IMG/VR virus record: IMGVR_UViG_3300031707_000003
Location: 47,678 to 111,677 of that record
From: a virus
Strand: one strand, 5' to 3'
Length of the DNA: 64,000 bases
In this document: piece after piece, positions 19,270 to 28,551 of the stretch
How the letters are laid out: every line of letters begins with the position of its first letter
How positions within the stretch are numbered: the first letter of the stretch is position 1
The notes under the pieces: model-generated
Databases searched by the model: none
Seen by the model: only the letters and a program-made list of their open reading frames with translations
Told to the model about the DNA's origin: nothing
Translations under genes and position numbers: made by a program

Positions 19270-21873
19270 ATGAGCGGGAAAAACTACGGACCCTCCGTCT
19301 CGGGCTACCTCGACCCCACTGGTCGAAATTGGGAAACTGCTGTTTTCCAAGCGGGGAAGCCCGTTCTCGACAAGGAGTTGAATCTTCAACAGGACCTCGA
19401 TGAAGGGTTCGGCCAGACCTCCCTTCGTCGCGCTATCCCGAGTGGGTGGCTTTCGGACGACTTCCTCACCTCGTCCAGCTCAACCTCTGCGATTTTCACA
19501 TCTCTCCCCACAACCTCGAACACACTCCAGATCCCCAACGGTCTGACGGCTCACGTCAACGGCTGGATGCTGAAGATTCAGCAGACGAACGCCACGGGCT
19601 CGAACCGACTCAACCTTGGTGCTGGTCCGGTGGGCAACGGTGTCCGTCGGATCGACATTGTGGTCCTGGAGGTGTGGCGCAAGCTCATCTCGGCGGGCCC
19701 TAGCACGGACGGTAAGAGCGTCCTCGCTCGAATCTGGCAGCAGGGCAACGTCAAGACGGATCCGGCGAACGATGCTGTCCTCAACTTCACGGACGACATC
19801 CTCGATACCAACGTGGGGTCTGAGTCGACGAAGCGTGTTCAGGTCCAATACCGCCTCCGCGTTCTCAACACGGTCGACCTCTTCGCGTTCCCCTACGGCC
19901 TCGATGATCCGTCCGTGTTCGCTCGATCCGTGCCACCGAACGCGGCCACGCCTGACGGCACGGCCACCATTTTCTCGTACGTGAATCAGTCGGCGAACGG
20001 AGATCCGGGTCTTTGGATCGCAGGGGACGGTAACCCGGCGAACACGCTCGGTACGGTTGATGGGCTCATGTACGCCATCCCGCTCATGGGTGTGTTCCGG
20101 CGCAACACGAACGCGTTCGATCGTCGTCTGAACCACAACGGCGGCGTGGCCTTCGGCGGGCCTTCGGATCGACCCGACGGCTTCTTCAACGACATCTTCG
20201 TTGCTCGTGACCTTGTGGACCTCCGCATGGGAGTGGACCCCAACGGTTGGAATTTCACGGAGGTGCTGGAGAAGAACGCGAACTACGTCTTCGACAACAA
20301 CCTCTTCACGGAATACATGGACACGTCCCCTTTTGGTGGCGGGTACCAGGGGACGACCCCCTTCGTGGCTGACGAGATCGGCTTGTCGAACGTCCACGGC
20401 GGGGACGGTATTACGACTGGAACCACCGGCGTTGGCGAGTTCGTCGGTGAATTCGACGCCATCCGTCGTCGGTTCTCCGGTCGTGCGATCTACGAAACGG
20501 TCACGGTGGCAATCGCCGCACCCTTCGGCGGCTGGGTCGGCGGGGATGTCGTTACGATCGACCCTACGGCATTGGCGGTCTACCCCTACGCGGCCTTCAA
20601 CTGGGCCTCATTCGCACCGTCAACCGTGGTCCTCCACGACGTCGTGGACGCGTGGTGGATCGGTGCGGGCGGTCAAAAGACCGAGCAAGCGACGCCCTAC
20701 ATCGCATCGATCACGAGCCTCGGAGCGATTCCCGTGGTGCCGTTGACGCTGACTACGGTAGGGGTCGTCCCGGCGGGTCTCACGACCGAAGTGCTCTACG
20801 TCGACCTACTCATCGCGTATCCGACGGGTGTGGGGCTGTCCAAGACACCAACCGGCACGTTCGGTGCGGCTACCTTCTTCATCAACAACCCTGTCCAACT
20901 CCCGGCAATTGCCCCTGTCTCGTTCAGCGCATTCCAGAACGAGACCATCGACGCAACGCACCGGGAAGCCCAGGTTGAGTACTCGACGGTCAGCCTCACC
21001 ATCATCATCGCGGCGAACACTGCGATCGTTGGCGACTCGACCTTCAAGCTCCGGGAGCGGGCACTGACGATCGTGACGGTCCTCAAGAATGCTGTCCCTA
21101 TCGTGGGCTCAGCAACGCTTGATGCCACGGGCCGCATCGTCACGCTCTCGAACGTGGCGGACTTCACAAGCCCAGGTGACACGCTCGATGTCACGTATAC
21201 CGCGATCCGCCCGCTGCCGCAAAACGGCGAGCAGATGACCTTCTACTACGAGGCCAGGGCTCCCCAAGCAGTCCGAACCGCCGTCCTCAGTACGAGCATC
21301 ACGGTCATCCCCAAGTGCATCTCCCAAGGGCTCTACCTCATCGCATGCGGGAGCGGGTCTCAGGACGAGGGGTATCCGTTCCCACAGGCCTACGTTCAGA
21401 CGGGTGGCATCTACCCGACCTCGACGGGCACGTACACGGGTGAGGGTGAACTCTCAGCTCACGCGGACGTGGCGATCACCGACTTCAGCGCTGCGACGGG
21501 CTTTCTCCGTCTCCCCATCTTCGTCCCGATGGTGGCGAACCCCGATGCGCTCGTTTTCAATCGGAGCGTGGTCGATACGGACATCGAGGGGAGAAGTTTC
21601 TTCAAGTCCGTCCCGGCGGGGTATATCCCCAACGCGTATGGGCAAGACCTCTCCGACTCCAAGCGGCACAAGGATGTCCTGCCTATGCTTTGCGAGCTAG
21701 CGGCGGATTCCATCATGGGGCGTCGCGGCCAGCTCGTTCTCGTCCTGATGATCCGCTACGCGCTCTTCGACGAGAAGAACGACGTCGCCTTCAACCCAAA
21801 CCTCACGCAGAACACCACAACCGCAGCCGTGTTCCGCATCAAGGGCAACCTGCTCGGGAAGAGGGTCGTCTGA
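19270..21873 (+). CDS. Large baseplate/fibre protein (DUF4815/DUF6519-like N-terminus), paralog A
   Basis: 'VFQAGKPVLDKELNLQQD'; shares many sequence blocks with 28552..32934. Confidence 0.65.
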   Translation: MSGKNYGPSVSGYLDPTGRNWETAVFQAGKPVLDKELNLQQDLDEGFGQTSLRRAIPSGWLSDDFLTSSSSTSAIFTSLPTTSNTLQIPNGLTAHVNGWMLKIQQTNATGSNRLNLGAGPVGNGVRRIDIVVLEVWRKLISAGPSTDGKSVLARIWQQGNVKTDPANDAVLNFTDDILDTNVGSESTKRVQVQYRLRVLNTVDLFAFPYGLDDPSVFARSVPPNAATPDGTATIFSYVNQSANGDPGLWIAGDGNPANTLGTVDGLMYAIPLMGVFRRNTNAFDRRLNHNGGVAFGGPSDRPDGFFNDIFVARDLVDLRMGVDPNGWNFTEVLEKNANYVFDNNLFTEYMDTSPFGGGYQGTTPFVADEIGLSNVHGGDGITTGTTGVGEFVGEFDAIRRRFSGRAIYETVTVAIAAPFGGWVGGDVVTIDPTALAVYPYAAFNWASFAPSTVVLHDVVDAWWIGAGGQKTEQATPYIASITSLGAIPVVPLTLTTVGVVPAGLTTEVLYVDLLIAYPTGVGLSKTPTGTFGAATFFINNPVQLPAIAPVSFSAFQNETIDATHREAQVEYSTVSLTIIIAANTAIVGDSTFKLRERALTIVTVLKNAVPIVGSATLDATGRIVTLSNVADFTSPGDTLDVTYTAIRPLPQNGEQMTFYYEARAPQAVRTAVLSTSITVIPKCISQGLYLIACGSGSQDEGYPFPQAYVQTGGIYPTSTGTYTGEGELSAHADVAITDFSAATGFLRLPIFVPMVANPDALVFNRSVVDTDIEGRSFFKSVPAGYIPNAYGQDLSDSKRHKDVLPMLCELAADSIMGRRGQLVLVLMIRYALFDEKNDVAFNPNLTQNTTTAAVFRIKGNLLGKRVV

Positions 21874-24074
21874 TGCCGTCTACCAAAGACCCCAACATCG
21901 TTGTTCAAGCTGGGCCCGGTCGCCTTCCGGCCGGCGTCGTTCCCGCTGGTGCGCTCCTCTTCCCGCCTGGTGGTGGCTCAGGTGCGGCTCTCCAAGCGCA
22001 TATCACGGACCCCATCGACGCCCACATGGCGTCGGCGATCGGCATCAACCCGTTCTACCCCCCGACGGGAGCCCCGATCCTTTCCAGCGTCGGCGGTGTT
22101 GTCGACGGCGAGAACGTCCTCGACTTCATCAACGAGTTCAAGGATCTCATCCCGGTTCGACCCAACTCCATCGGCTTCAACGTGGTGTCGGCGGGTACCT
22201 CGGGTATCCCCAACTGGGATCTGCTCAACGCTCTCGGTGTCGGCACTGGAACGGCCGTTACGGGCGGATACAAGAACGGGGCGAACGTCGAGTTCAGCCA
22301 CTACCTCGTACCGGTGGGCACGACAACATTCACGCCCTCGGGGCTGGTCTTCCCATCGGATCGTGGGGTCATCGCGCTCTACAAGAACACGGATGGAAAC
22401 TTCTTCAACGCGGGCGCTACGACGTTGGTGGCAGCTCTCTGGTTGGGAGATTCCCCCTCTCCTGCGGGTATCCCCGACGCGGCGTTCAATGAGCTGCTTC
22501 GAAGCGTTCAGCAGCTCAACTACGTGGCCACGAACGCGGGCATCGACTTCTTCAACCTGACCTTCCGGTTGCCTTACCTGGCGAACTACGCTCCGTATCC
22601 CGGCACACCGTACGGCCCGTTCGGACAGCCGTTCTTTGGGTACCAGCTCTCGGTTTTCGCGCTTCCTGCCCAATCGGTCGCCGCTGGGGATGCCCAAAAC
22701 TTCCTCTTCGTGCATTGGAAGGAGACGTACGCGACGAGCCTTGCGGCTATCCAGCCTGCTGGCCTCACGCTCGTGAACCTTGTTTCCTCGAAGGCCTACT
22801 CGGCGGTGCCCGTCGCGGGTAACTTCGACGACAACACACAGGCGATTTACAACGCCAACCGTCACCATGTCTTCAACGACACGGCCTCGGCGACTGCTCC
22901 CACGGGGAACACCTTCACCTCGTTGGCTGCAAACGCCCCCGCTACGGTTCAATATTCTGGGGTGACGTTTACGAATGTCAACACGCTCCAATTTGACCTC
23001 ACGCTGGCGGCCAACGACCTATTCGACAACAGCTTCGAGACGGGGTCGGTCGTCAACCCGCCCAACGTGCCCGCACAGTTCAACTCCCTCAACGATCCGA
23101 TGAACATCGGCTTCGGTAACTTCGGAGGGGGGACTCTGTTGGTCCCGTACAATCAACTCCGCAAGCAGGGTGTACCGCCGAATTATTCACCAACGAACGC
23201 CCCCCTCCTGGCGGATATCGGGGAGTACATCAACGCAACGTTGGCGATTTTTACCCCTGCTACGAACTTCACACCCAACAACACCCTTGGGCACAGCGCT
23301 CTGACGGCTTCGTTCTTCAAGCCGTTCAACTCGGGTTCGGCCTCCGATGTGAGCAAGCGCTATCTCTACAACTCGTTCCCGGCGGCGGGCGGCGCGGCGG
23401 GAAGTGCAACCACGACGCTCGAAACGTTCGTGGATGAGCACTATCGCTACACCTCGACCCACGTGCCGCTAGCTACGAACACCATCATCCCCACGTCCCC
23501 GTATGTCTCAGCGACATCCTTGGTCGTGGACACGGACAGCTCTCAGATCGTCACGAACAACCTGACCTACCCCCAAATTGATTGGTCAGCGGCCACCTAC
23601 TTCCCGGCGGTCAGCCCCAACTACTCTGGCCTCCCTGGTTCCGATGGTGTGAACCACCTTCGCCGGCACCTCCGGGCGGTCAACACGGGCATTGCCCGCA
23701 ACACGGGCAAGCTCCGGCTCAGGTTCTCCATTGGAGGGCAGGCGTCTTTCACCACCGACGCGGCCTTCGACGGGACGGAGACCACGGGGCACATCACGGG
23801 CGGTATGATCGTTCAGGTGATGGTCCCCGGCGTCACGGGATGGCTCGATATCGGTCGCGCCCTTGGCGACCCTGGTGTCGCGACGCTCGACTTCTACGGG
23901 TGTTCTACGGGTGTTCTTGTTTCGGGTCCTGACGTCACCGTTTCGTTCCAGACAACAGCGTTCACGGCAAACAACGGTAGCGGTGAGTACCCCCTCTTCG
24001 TGAGGGTCTCACTCCTCAACAACGTGGCTGGGCTCGCGATTTGGCTCGACGAAGTGGAGTGGCTCGCCCCGTAA
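21873..24074 (+). CDS. Virion structural protein (tail fibre-associated)
   Basis: True start probably the ATG at 21873 (TGATG coupling; MPSTKDPN); 'LQAHITDPIDAHMASAI' motif is typical of fibre proteins. Confidence 0.6.
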   Translation: MPSTKDPNIVVQAGPGRLPAGVVPAGALLFPPGGGSGAALQAHITDPIDAHMASAIGINPFYPPTGAPILSSVGGVVDGENVLDFINEFKDLIPVRPNSIGFNVVSAGTSGIPNWDLLNALGVGTGTAVTGGYKNGANVEFSHYLVPVGTTTFTPSGLVFPSDRGVIALYKNTDGNFFNAGATTLVAALWLGDSPSPAGIPDAAFNELLRSVQQLNYVATNAGIDFFNLTFRLPYLANYAPYPGTPYGPFGQPFFGYQLSVFALPAQSVAAGDAQNFLFVHWKETYATSLAAIQPAGLTLVNLVSSKAYSAVPVAGNFDDNTQAIYNANRHHVFNDTASATAPTGNTFTSLAANAPATVQYSGVTFTNVNTLQFDLTLAANDLFDNSFETGSVVNPPNVPAQFNSLNDPMNIGFGNFGGGTLLVPYNQLRKQGVPPNYSPTNAPLLADIGEYINATLAIFTPATNFTPNNTLGHSALTASFFKPFNSGSASDVSKRYLYNSFPAAGGAAGSATTTLETFVDEHYRYTSTHVPLATNTIIPTSPYVSATSLVVDTDSSQIVTNNLTYPQIDWSAATYFPAVSPNYSGLPGSDGVNHLRRHLRAVNTGIARNTGKLRLRFSIGGQASFTTDAAFDGTETTGHITGGMIVQVMVPGVTGWLDIGRALGDPGVATLDFYGCSTGVLVSGPDVTVSFQTTAFTANNGSGEYPLFVRVSLLNNVAGLAIWLDEVEWLAP

Positions 24075-24090
24075 CCTCGCCGTGACGTCG

Positions 24091-24105
24091 TAGAGCTTTT
24101 ATCGA
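24091..24105 (+). promoter_or_regulatory. Putative late-promoter motif TAGAGCTTTTATCGA upstream of the tailspike
   Basis: CTTTTATCGA recurs exactly at 59506-59515; related variants precede other structural genes. Confidence 0.45.
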
Positions 24106-24131
24106 TCGATAGGATGAGCAAGGGATAGACC

Positions 24132-27100
24132 ATGGCCGGCACCTACACTCCGACAGGCACGTACGCCAACCTCACGCGACTTGAGCTGGAGCAGCTCCGG
24201 CGTGGCGACTTCACGGCTGGCGGCAAGGCCCTGACGATCGGGGATTCTGCCCTCGCGCCTGAGGGTGTTGTCGGCAAGGGTGACGTCACTGCCGAGGTGT
24301 TCTACACGACCCCCTCGCTCTCGTTGAGCGAGGTCAACAGCCTCACACCGCCCTCAGAGCCGGGAAAGTTTCTCGGCAATGACAACACCTACAAGGATCT
24401 GACGCTTTACGTTTCCGGCGGAAGTGCTGGAGCGGGTGGGCAGTGGGTGGGTCCAACCGAAATTTCATTCGGGGCTGCTGGTGTGGGTACTGCGACGACG
24501 GCGGGATCGGTTCTGACGGACATCGCAGCCAGCTTTATCGTGGATGGAGTCCTCCCAGGCGATCTCCTGCTCATTGAGCACTCCTCGGCCCCCACGACGA
24601 ATAATTTCAGTACTGCCATTGTGTCCGTGGTGGGCGCTACCACCCTGACGTGCACCAACATCGTTCGAGGCGGCCTCCCGGTCGCGACGTTCATCGGCGC
24701 TCAGATCGAGTTGTACCAGGTCGTACGTGCGGGCGCCGTAGCGCTCTTTGCCGTTCCCGGTTCCGGCCCCACGGGCGAAGAGCAGACGTTCCTTTTCGTT
24801 GATTCCGCGTCGACGTTGAACTCGAACCCCAGTCCGACGACGGACGACATCAACGCCGATCGCCTCAAAAACATCATCTCACCGAAGTACGGCCTCAACG
24901 CTTCGGTCGACCGTGCAGATGCCGTCTTTGGGTTTCCTGCCCCCCACACGGATCTCTCAGGGTTGGGTTACCGTGTTGTGCTCTATCCGGACAACGGGAC
25001 CGGTACCGGGCCAAATTTGGCGGCTCCGATCACATCCCTGAATCCGCTGATCGACCCCGGTATACCCGCAGCCGATCAACGGGTCACCATCGACTATGCG
25101 GCCGGTACGGTACGGCTCTCGTGTGCACCAAAACTTGGGGGTCAGATCAAGGTTGCGGGCGGAGTGGACGGGGTGACCGGTCGCCTCAAGCTTTACGCGG
25201 TCTATTGGGTAAACGTCAGCCAGACGGGAGGCCCGACTTTCTATGACGTCAGGTCCACCGCTGCGGGTCTCTTTACCCGCACTTCGGATCCCGTCACGGT
25301 CACACCTCCGGCATGGATGCAGTGGTTCGGCGGGTCGACCAGGTCTTGGACGCTACTCGGCCACTCGGTCACGGGTGGTGTTACCTCGCAGAGCCAGGTC
25401 AGGGTATCGGGGTTCGTAGCGGAAGCGGACGCGACGCTCCAGGTTTTGGGGGTCGACCAACAATTCAACACCTCGCTCGTCAAGAAGGCCAACGCGGGCC
25501 TGTTTACTTGCGGCGACGGTGTGAAGTCGTTCGGCGACTTCAACGGGGCCACCGCTCTCGAACAAGCCATCAGCTTTTGGATCTCCACTGCCTCTCTCAA
25601 CAACTCGTTGACGATCTACTTGAAGGGCGGGGCCTATACGCTGGGTAACAGCAACTTCAATATCCCGGCGGGCAAAGAGGTCATTATCCGAGGCGAGGGG
25701 CGCGAAGCCACTCGCATTCTTTTCGACGGTGGCTCAGTCATCACTACCTGCATCGGTGTTAATGCAGGATCGCGTCTCCATCTCGCTGATCTCGCGATCA
25801 GATACGGAGCGGGTGGTTACCTCTCGGCCCAAGGATCCGTCAGTGCGGACAACTGCCTGTTCGAGAGTATTACCATCTCGTACTCGAATGCGACGCCGTA
25901 CAAGGCAGCGACAACCGGACCGTTCCCGTTCCTAGGGCTCTTTACGAACTGCGAGTTTAACAACGCCATCAGCAACCCCTTCCCAGCCACACCCCGATGC
26001 GCCGTCTCAATCTACGCGAGCGGCACGAGCATGAAGGGTTTCGTGTTCCGTAACTGCACGATGCGCAGCGCTGACGCTGGTGGCACGGTGGTCTACGTCA
26101 CGACCTTCGGTGCGGGCTCACTTGCAGCCACGGTTAGCGACCTCGCCTTCGAGAACTGTGTGATTGATCTCGCTACGGTCGATTCAACGTCGAGCACGGC
26201 GATCTCCGGCCCCGCAGGGGTGCTTTCTGTTGATCCCGACCTCACACTCGACAAGCTGACTGTGGATCTGGTGCGATTTATTGACTGCACAGTCAGTGCT
26301 GTGGTGGGTGCCGCCCGAGCCAACACCGTGTTGCTGCATCTGATGCCCCTGCCGTTTGATGCTGCGAATACGACAGCCGAACGGGCAATCATCGGCACGG
26401 TCAAGATTTCAGGAGGCATTTGGTCCGTCCCAGCCTTCAACGGAACCGATTTCTCGCCGTTCTTTCTCGCGTGCTGCTTCCCCATCGTGGAGAATGTGGT
26501 ATTCCGTGGCGCCGGGCAGGAGACCCAAGCGTTCAACACCAGTCCTGGGTACCGAGGGAATGGTCTCCTCACGGACACCCAAAGGATCTGTTTGAAAGGG
26601 AATACGGCGAATTACCCTACTAACCAATCCAAATTCGCCACGATTGCCGCCTCTGGTCAGGCCGTTTACCTTACTATTGCTGGGGGTGTCCCCCTCGCCA
26701 AACTCCATACGGGGATGACCATCCGTGGGGTGCAGTTCGATAACTTTCACCGGAAGGCGGGTCCTAGCGGCGTCCTTCTGGTCATCGGGCCTGACATCAA
26801 GAGCGGTGCGGCAGACGTTGACGGAATCCATGTCCGAGGCATCCCTGGGGCAACGGGCGTCGGCAACTTGGTCGATGCTTGGATGCTCTTCATTCCGGGC
26901 GGCGATGCTGGGTCCACGAGCCGAGGTACCAACGGCACCTTCCGAAACATCACATTCTCTGCTTTGCTCGACACCCCGGCGATCAACGACACTTGGACGA
27001 ATCGCGGGTTCATCCGGATAATTCCGGAGGGTCGGATGTACTTCGAGGACATCACAATTACACCGACCAAGCAGGGTAGCGTCGACGGTCCCATTGGGAT

Positions 27101-27827
27101 TTCAGCCCCCGCTATCAATCTGAATTATCCGTTTGGAGGGGATAACGTCTTCACTCCAGGCGGGCCGATCTCCTTGAATCGCGTTCGCATCGAGAACTGG
27201 ACAGCGGGAATTTGGTGGAATCAGAATCCGGTTACGATTCATGCGATCGGTCCGTTCATCATCAAGGCCCTCCATCACGTTTGCTCAAATGTCGGCAACG
27301 GCATTTCGGTTAACCAGTCCATAGCCTTTAATCAGGGCTCAGCCGCCGCAAGCAGTTACACGATCCAGGGGATTGCGATTGAGGACTGCCAAATCTTCGT
27401 AACGTATGACCTCGCCCAAGCCCAGATCGGCACCATATTCCTCCAGTCTTCGACTTGGTCCCGTAACTTCCCCTGTTTCCTTAAGAACAATCACGTCGAA
27501 GACAACTGGCCCGCGTCGGCTGTCTACGTGGCGGGATCATACCAAATTGCTGTGATGTCATTTGACGTGGCCGCCAGCGCTCCGAACTTCAACATCATCG
27601 GTAACACTTTGGTTCGGAAGAACCTCTCTTTTCCAAGCGGCCTTCTTGGACTCTGTCGTCTCCAACAAGGTGCTTCGTTGGCTCTCACTACGAACACCAA
27701 GTATGGGGGTACCTCGGCCTTTTACACGAATGCTCAGACAGGGCACTCGATCGTAGACACTGACAAATTCCTCTTTGCGAACACGTTCGACATGGAATGT
27801 AACATGGCGCAGTTGGCTACGGCATGA
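24132..27827 (+). CDS. Tailspike/receptor-binding protein with a right-handed beta-helix (putative polysaccharide depolymerase)
   Basis: 'TCGDGVKSFGDFNGATALEQAI...TIYLKGGAYTL...VIIRGEGREATRI' is a pectate-lyase-3-like entry, followed by NC-ladder repeats (DNCLF, TNCEF, RNCTM, ENCVI). Confidence 0.75.
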   Translation: MAGTYTPTGTYANLTRLELEQLRRGDFTAGGKALTIGDSALAPEGVVGKGDVTAEVFYTTPSLSLSEVNSLTPPSEPGKFLGNDNTYKDLTLYVSGGSAGAGGQWVGPTEISFGAAGVGTATTAGSVLTDIAASFIVDGVLPGDLLLIEHSSAPTTNNFSTAIVSVVGATTLTCTNIVRGGLPVATFIGAQIELYQVVRAGAVALFAVPGSGPTGEEQTFLFVDSASTLNSNPSPTTDDINADRLKNIISPKYGLNASVDRADAVFGFPAPHTDLSGLGYRVVLYPDNGTGTGPNLAAPITSLNPLIDPGIPAADQRVTIDYAAGTVRLSCAPKLGGQIKVAGGVDGVTGRLKLYAVYWVNVSQTGGPTFYDVRSTAAGLFTRTSDPVTVTPPAWMQWFGGSTRSWTLLGHSVTGGVTSQSQVRVSGFVAEADATLQVLGVDQQFNTSLVKKANAGLFTCGDGVKSFGDFNGATALEQAISFWISTASLNNSLTIYLKGGAYTLGNSNFNIPAGKEVIIRGEGREATRILFDGGSVITTCIGVNAGSRLHLADLAIRYGAGGYLSAQGSVSADNCLFESITISYSNATPYKAATTGPFPFLGLFTNCEFNNAISNPFPATPRCAVSIYASGTSMKGFVFRNCTMRSADAGGTVVYVTTFGAGSLAATVSDLAFENCVIDLATVDSTSSTAISGPAGVLSVDPDLTLDKLTVDLVRFIDCTVSAVVGAARANTVLLHLMPLPFDAANTTAERAIIGTVKISGGIWSVPAFNGTDFSPFFLACCFPIVENVVFRGAGQETQAFNTSPGYRGNGLLTDTQRICLKGNTANYPTNQSKFATIAASGQAVYLTIAGGVPLAKLHTGMTIRGVQFDNFHRKAGPSGVLLVIGPDIKSGAADVDGIHVRGIPGATGVGNLVDAWMLFIPGGDAGSTSRGTNGTFRNITFSALLDTPAINDTWTNRGFIRIIPEGRMYFEDITITPTKQGSVDGPIGISAPAINLNYPFGGDNVFTPGGPISLNRVRIENWTAGIWWNQNPVTIHAIGPFIIKALHHVCSNVGNGISVNQSIAFNQGSAAASSYTIQGIAIEDCQIFVTYDLAQAQIGTIFLQSSTWSRNFPCFLKNNHVEDNWPASAVYVAGSYQIAVMSFDVAASAPNFNIIGNTLVRKNLSFPSGLLGLCRLQQGASLALTTNTKYGGTSAFYTNAQTGHSIVDTDKFLFANTFDMECNMAQLATA

Positions 27828-27837
27828 GGTTGATCCA

Positions 27838-28479
27838 ATGAGCGCCCACTACCTCATCGACCTCTACGGCAACCCCTTGGGGAGTGCTCGGATCCTCGAC
27901 GTACGAAACCCGTCGAACGATCAGAGCCTCTCAAACGGGAGTTTTGTGGTTCGTGTGCCCGATGGTGTCCAGGTGGTGAACCCCACGGACCTCACGGATC
28001 TGTTGACCAAGAAGTACGTGGGCCTCCTCGCGTTCTACACGGGCTTCACGCGGATCTCGTTCGATGACCTTACGGATGCTTCAGGAGTCAACACAGCTCC
28101 CGGAACTTCCGCCGCCTTGACAACCGGGCTACGCGGGTCCGTGGGCCTCTACCCGACGGCAGGGGCTCGTGTTCAATCGGTGGTCACGCCGCTCACCCCC
28201 GCCCAACCTACCGTATGCGTCGTCACGTTCGAGACGTTCCGGTATACCTCGACCGACGACAAGAACGACCGCTACCAGCGGACCTACGAAGAGATCGCCT
28301 CCTCTCCCTCCAGCATCACGTGCTCGGTGAGCTTCAACGGGGGCGCGACGTTCCTTCCGACCACGGAAGGGGCTGTTCTCAACATCCCCTTGGCGGATCA
28401 GGGGACCAACTTCGTCATCCGGCTTACGAACGTCTCCGGGCAGCGACTCTTCCTGGGCTCGTGGGCCGTTATCTATTAG
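27838..28479 (+). CDS. Hypothetical virion protein
   Basis: Start MSAHYLIDL at 27838 after GAGGT; beta-rich; 'SVSFNGGATF' Asp-box-like motif. Confidence 0.6.
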   Translation: MSAHYLIDLYGNPLGSARILDVRNPSNDQSLSNGSFVVRVPDGVQVVNPTDLTDLLTKKYVGLLAFYTGFTRISFDDLTDASGVNTAPGTSAALTTGLRGSVGLYPTAGARVQSVVTPLTPAQPTVCVVTFETFRYTSTDDKNDRYQRTYEEIASSPSSITCSVSFNGGATFLPTTEGAVLNIPLADQGTNFVIRLTNVSGQRLFLGSWAVIY

Positions 28480-28551
28480 GCGGCGATGTGTTGGTGGGCC
28501 TACGGCTCTAACCTACTGATACGTCGTCCAGGCAAAGGGATGTAGACGAAC

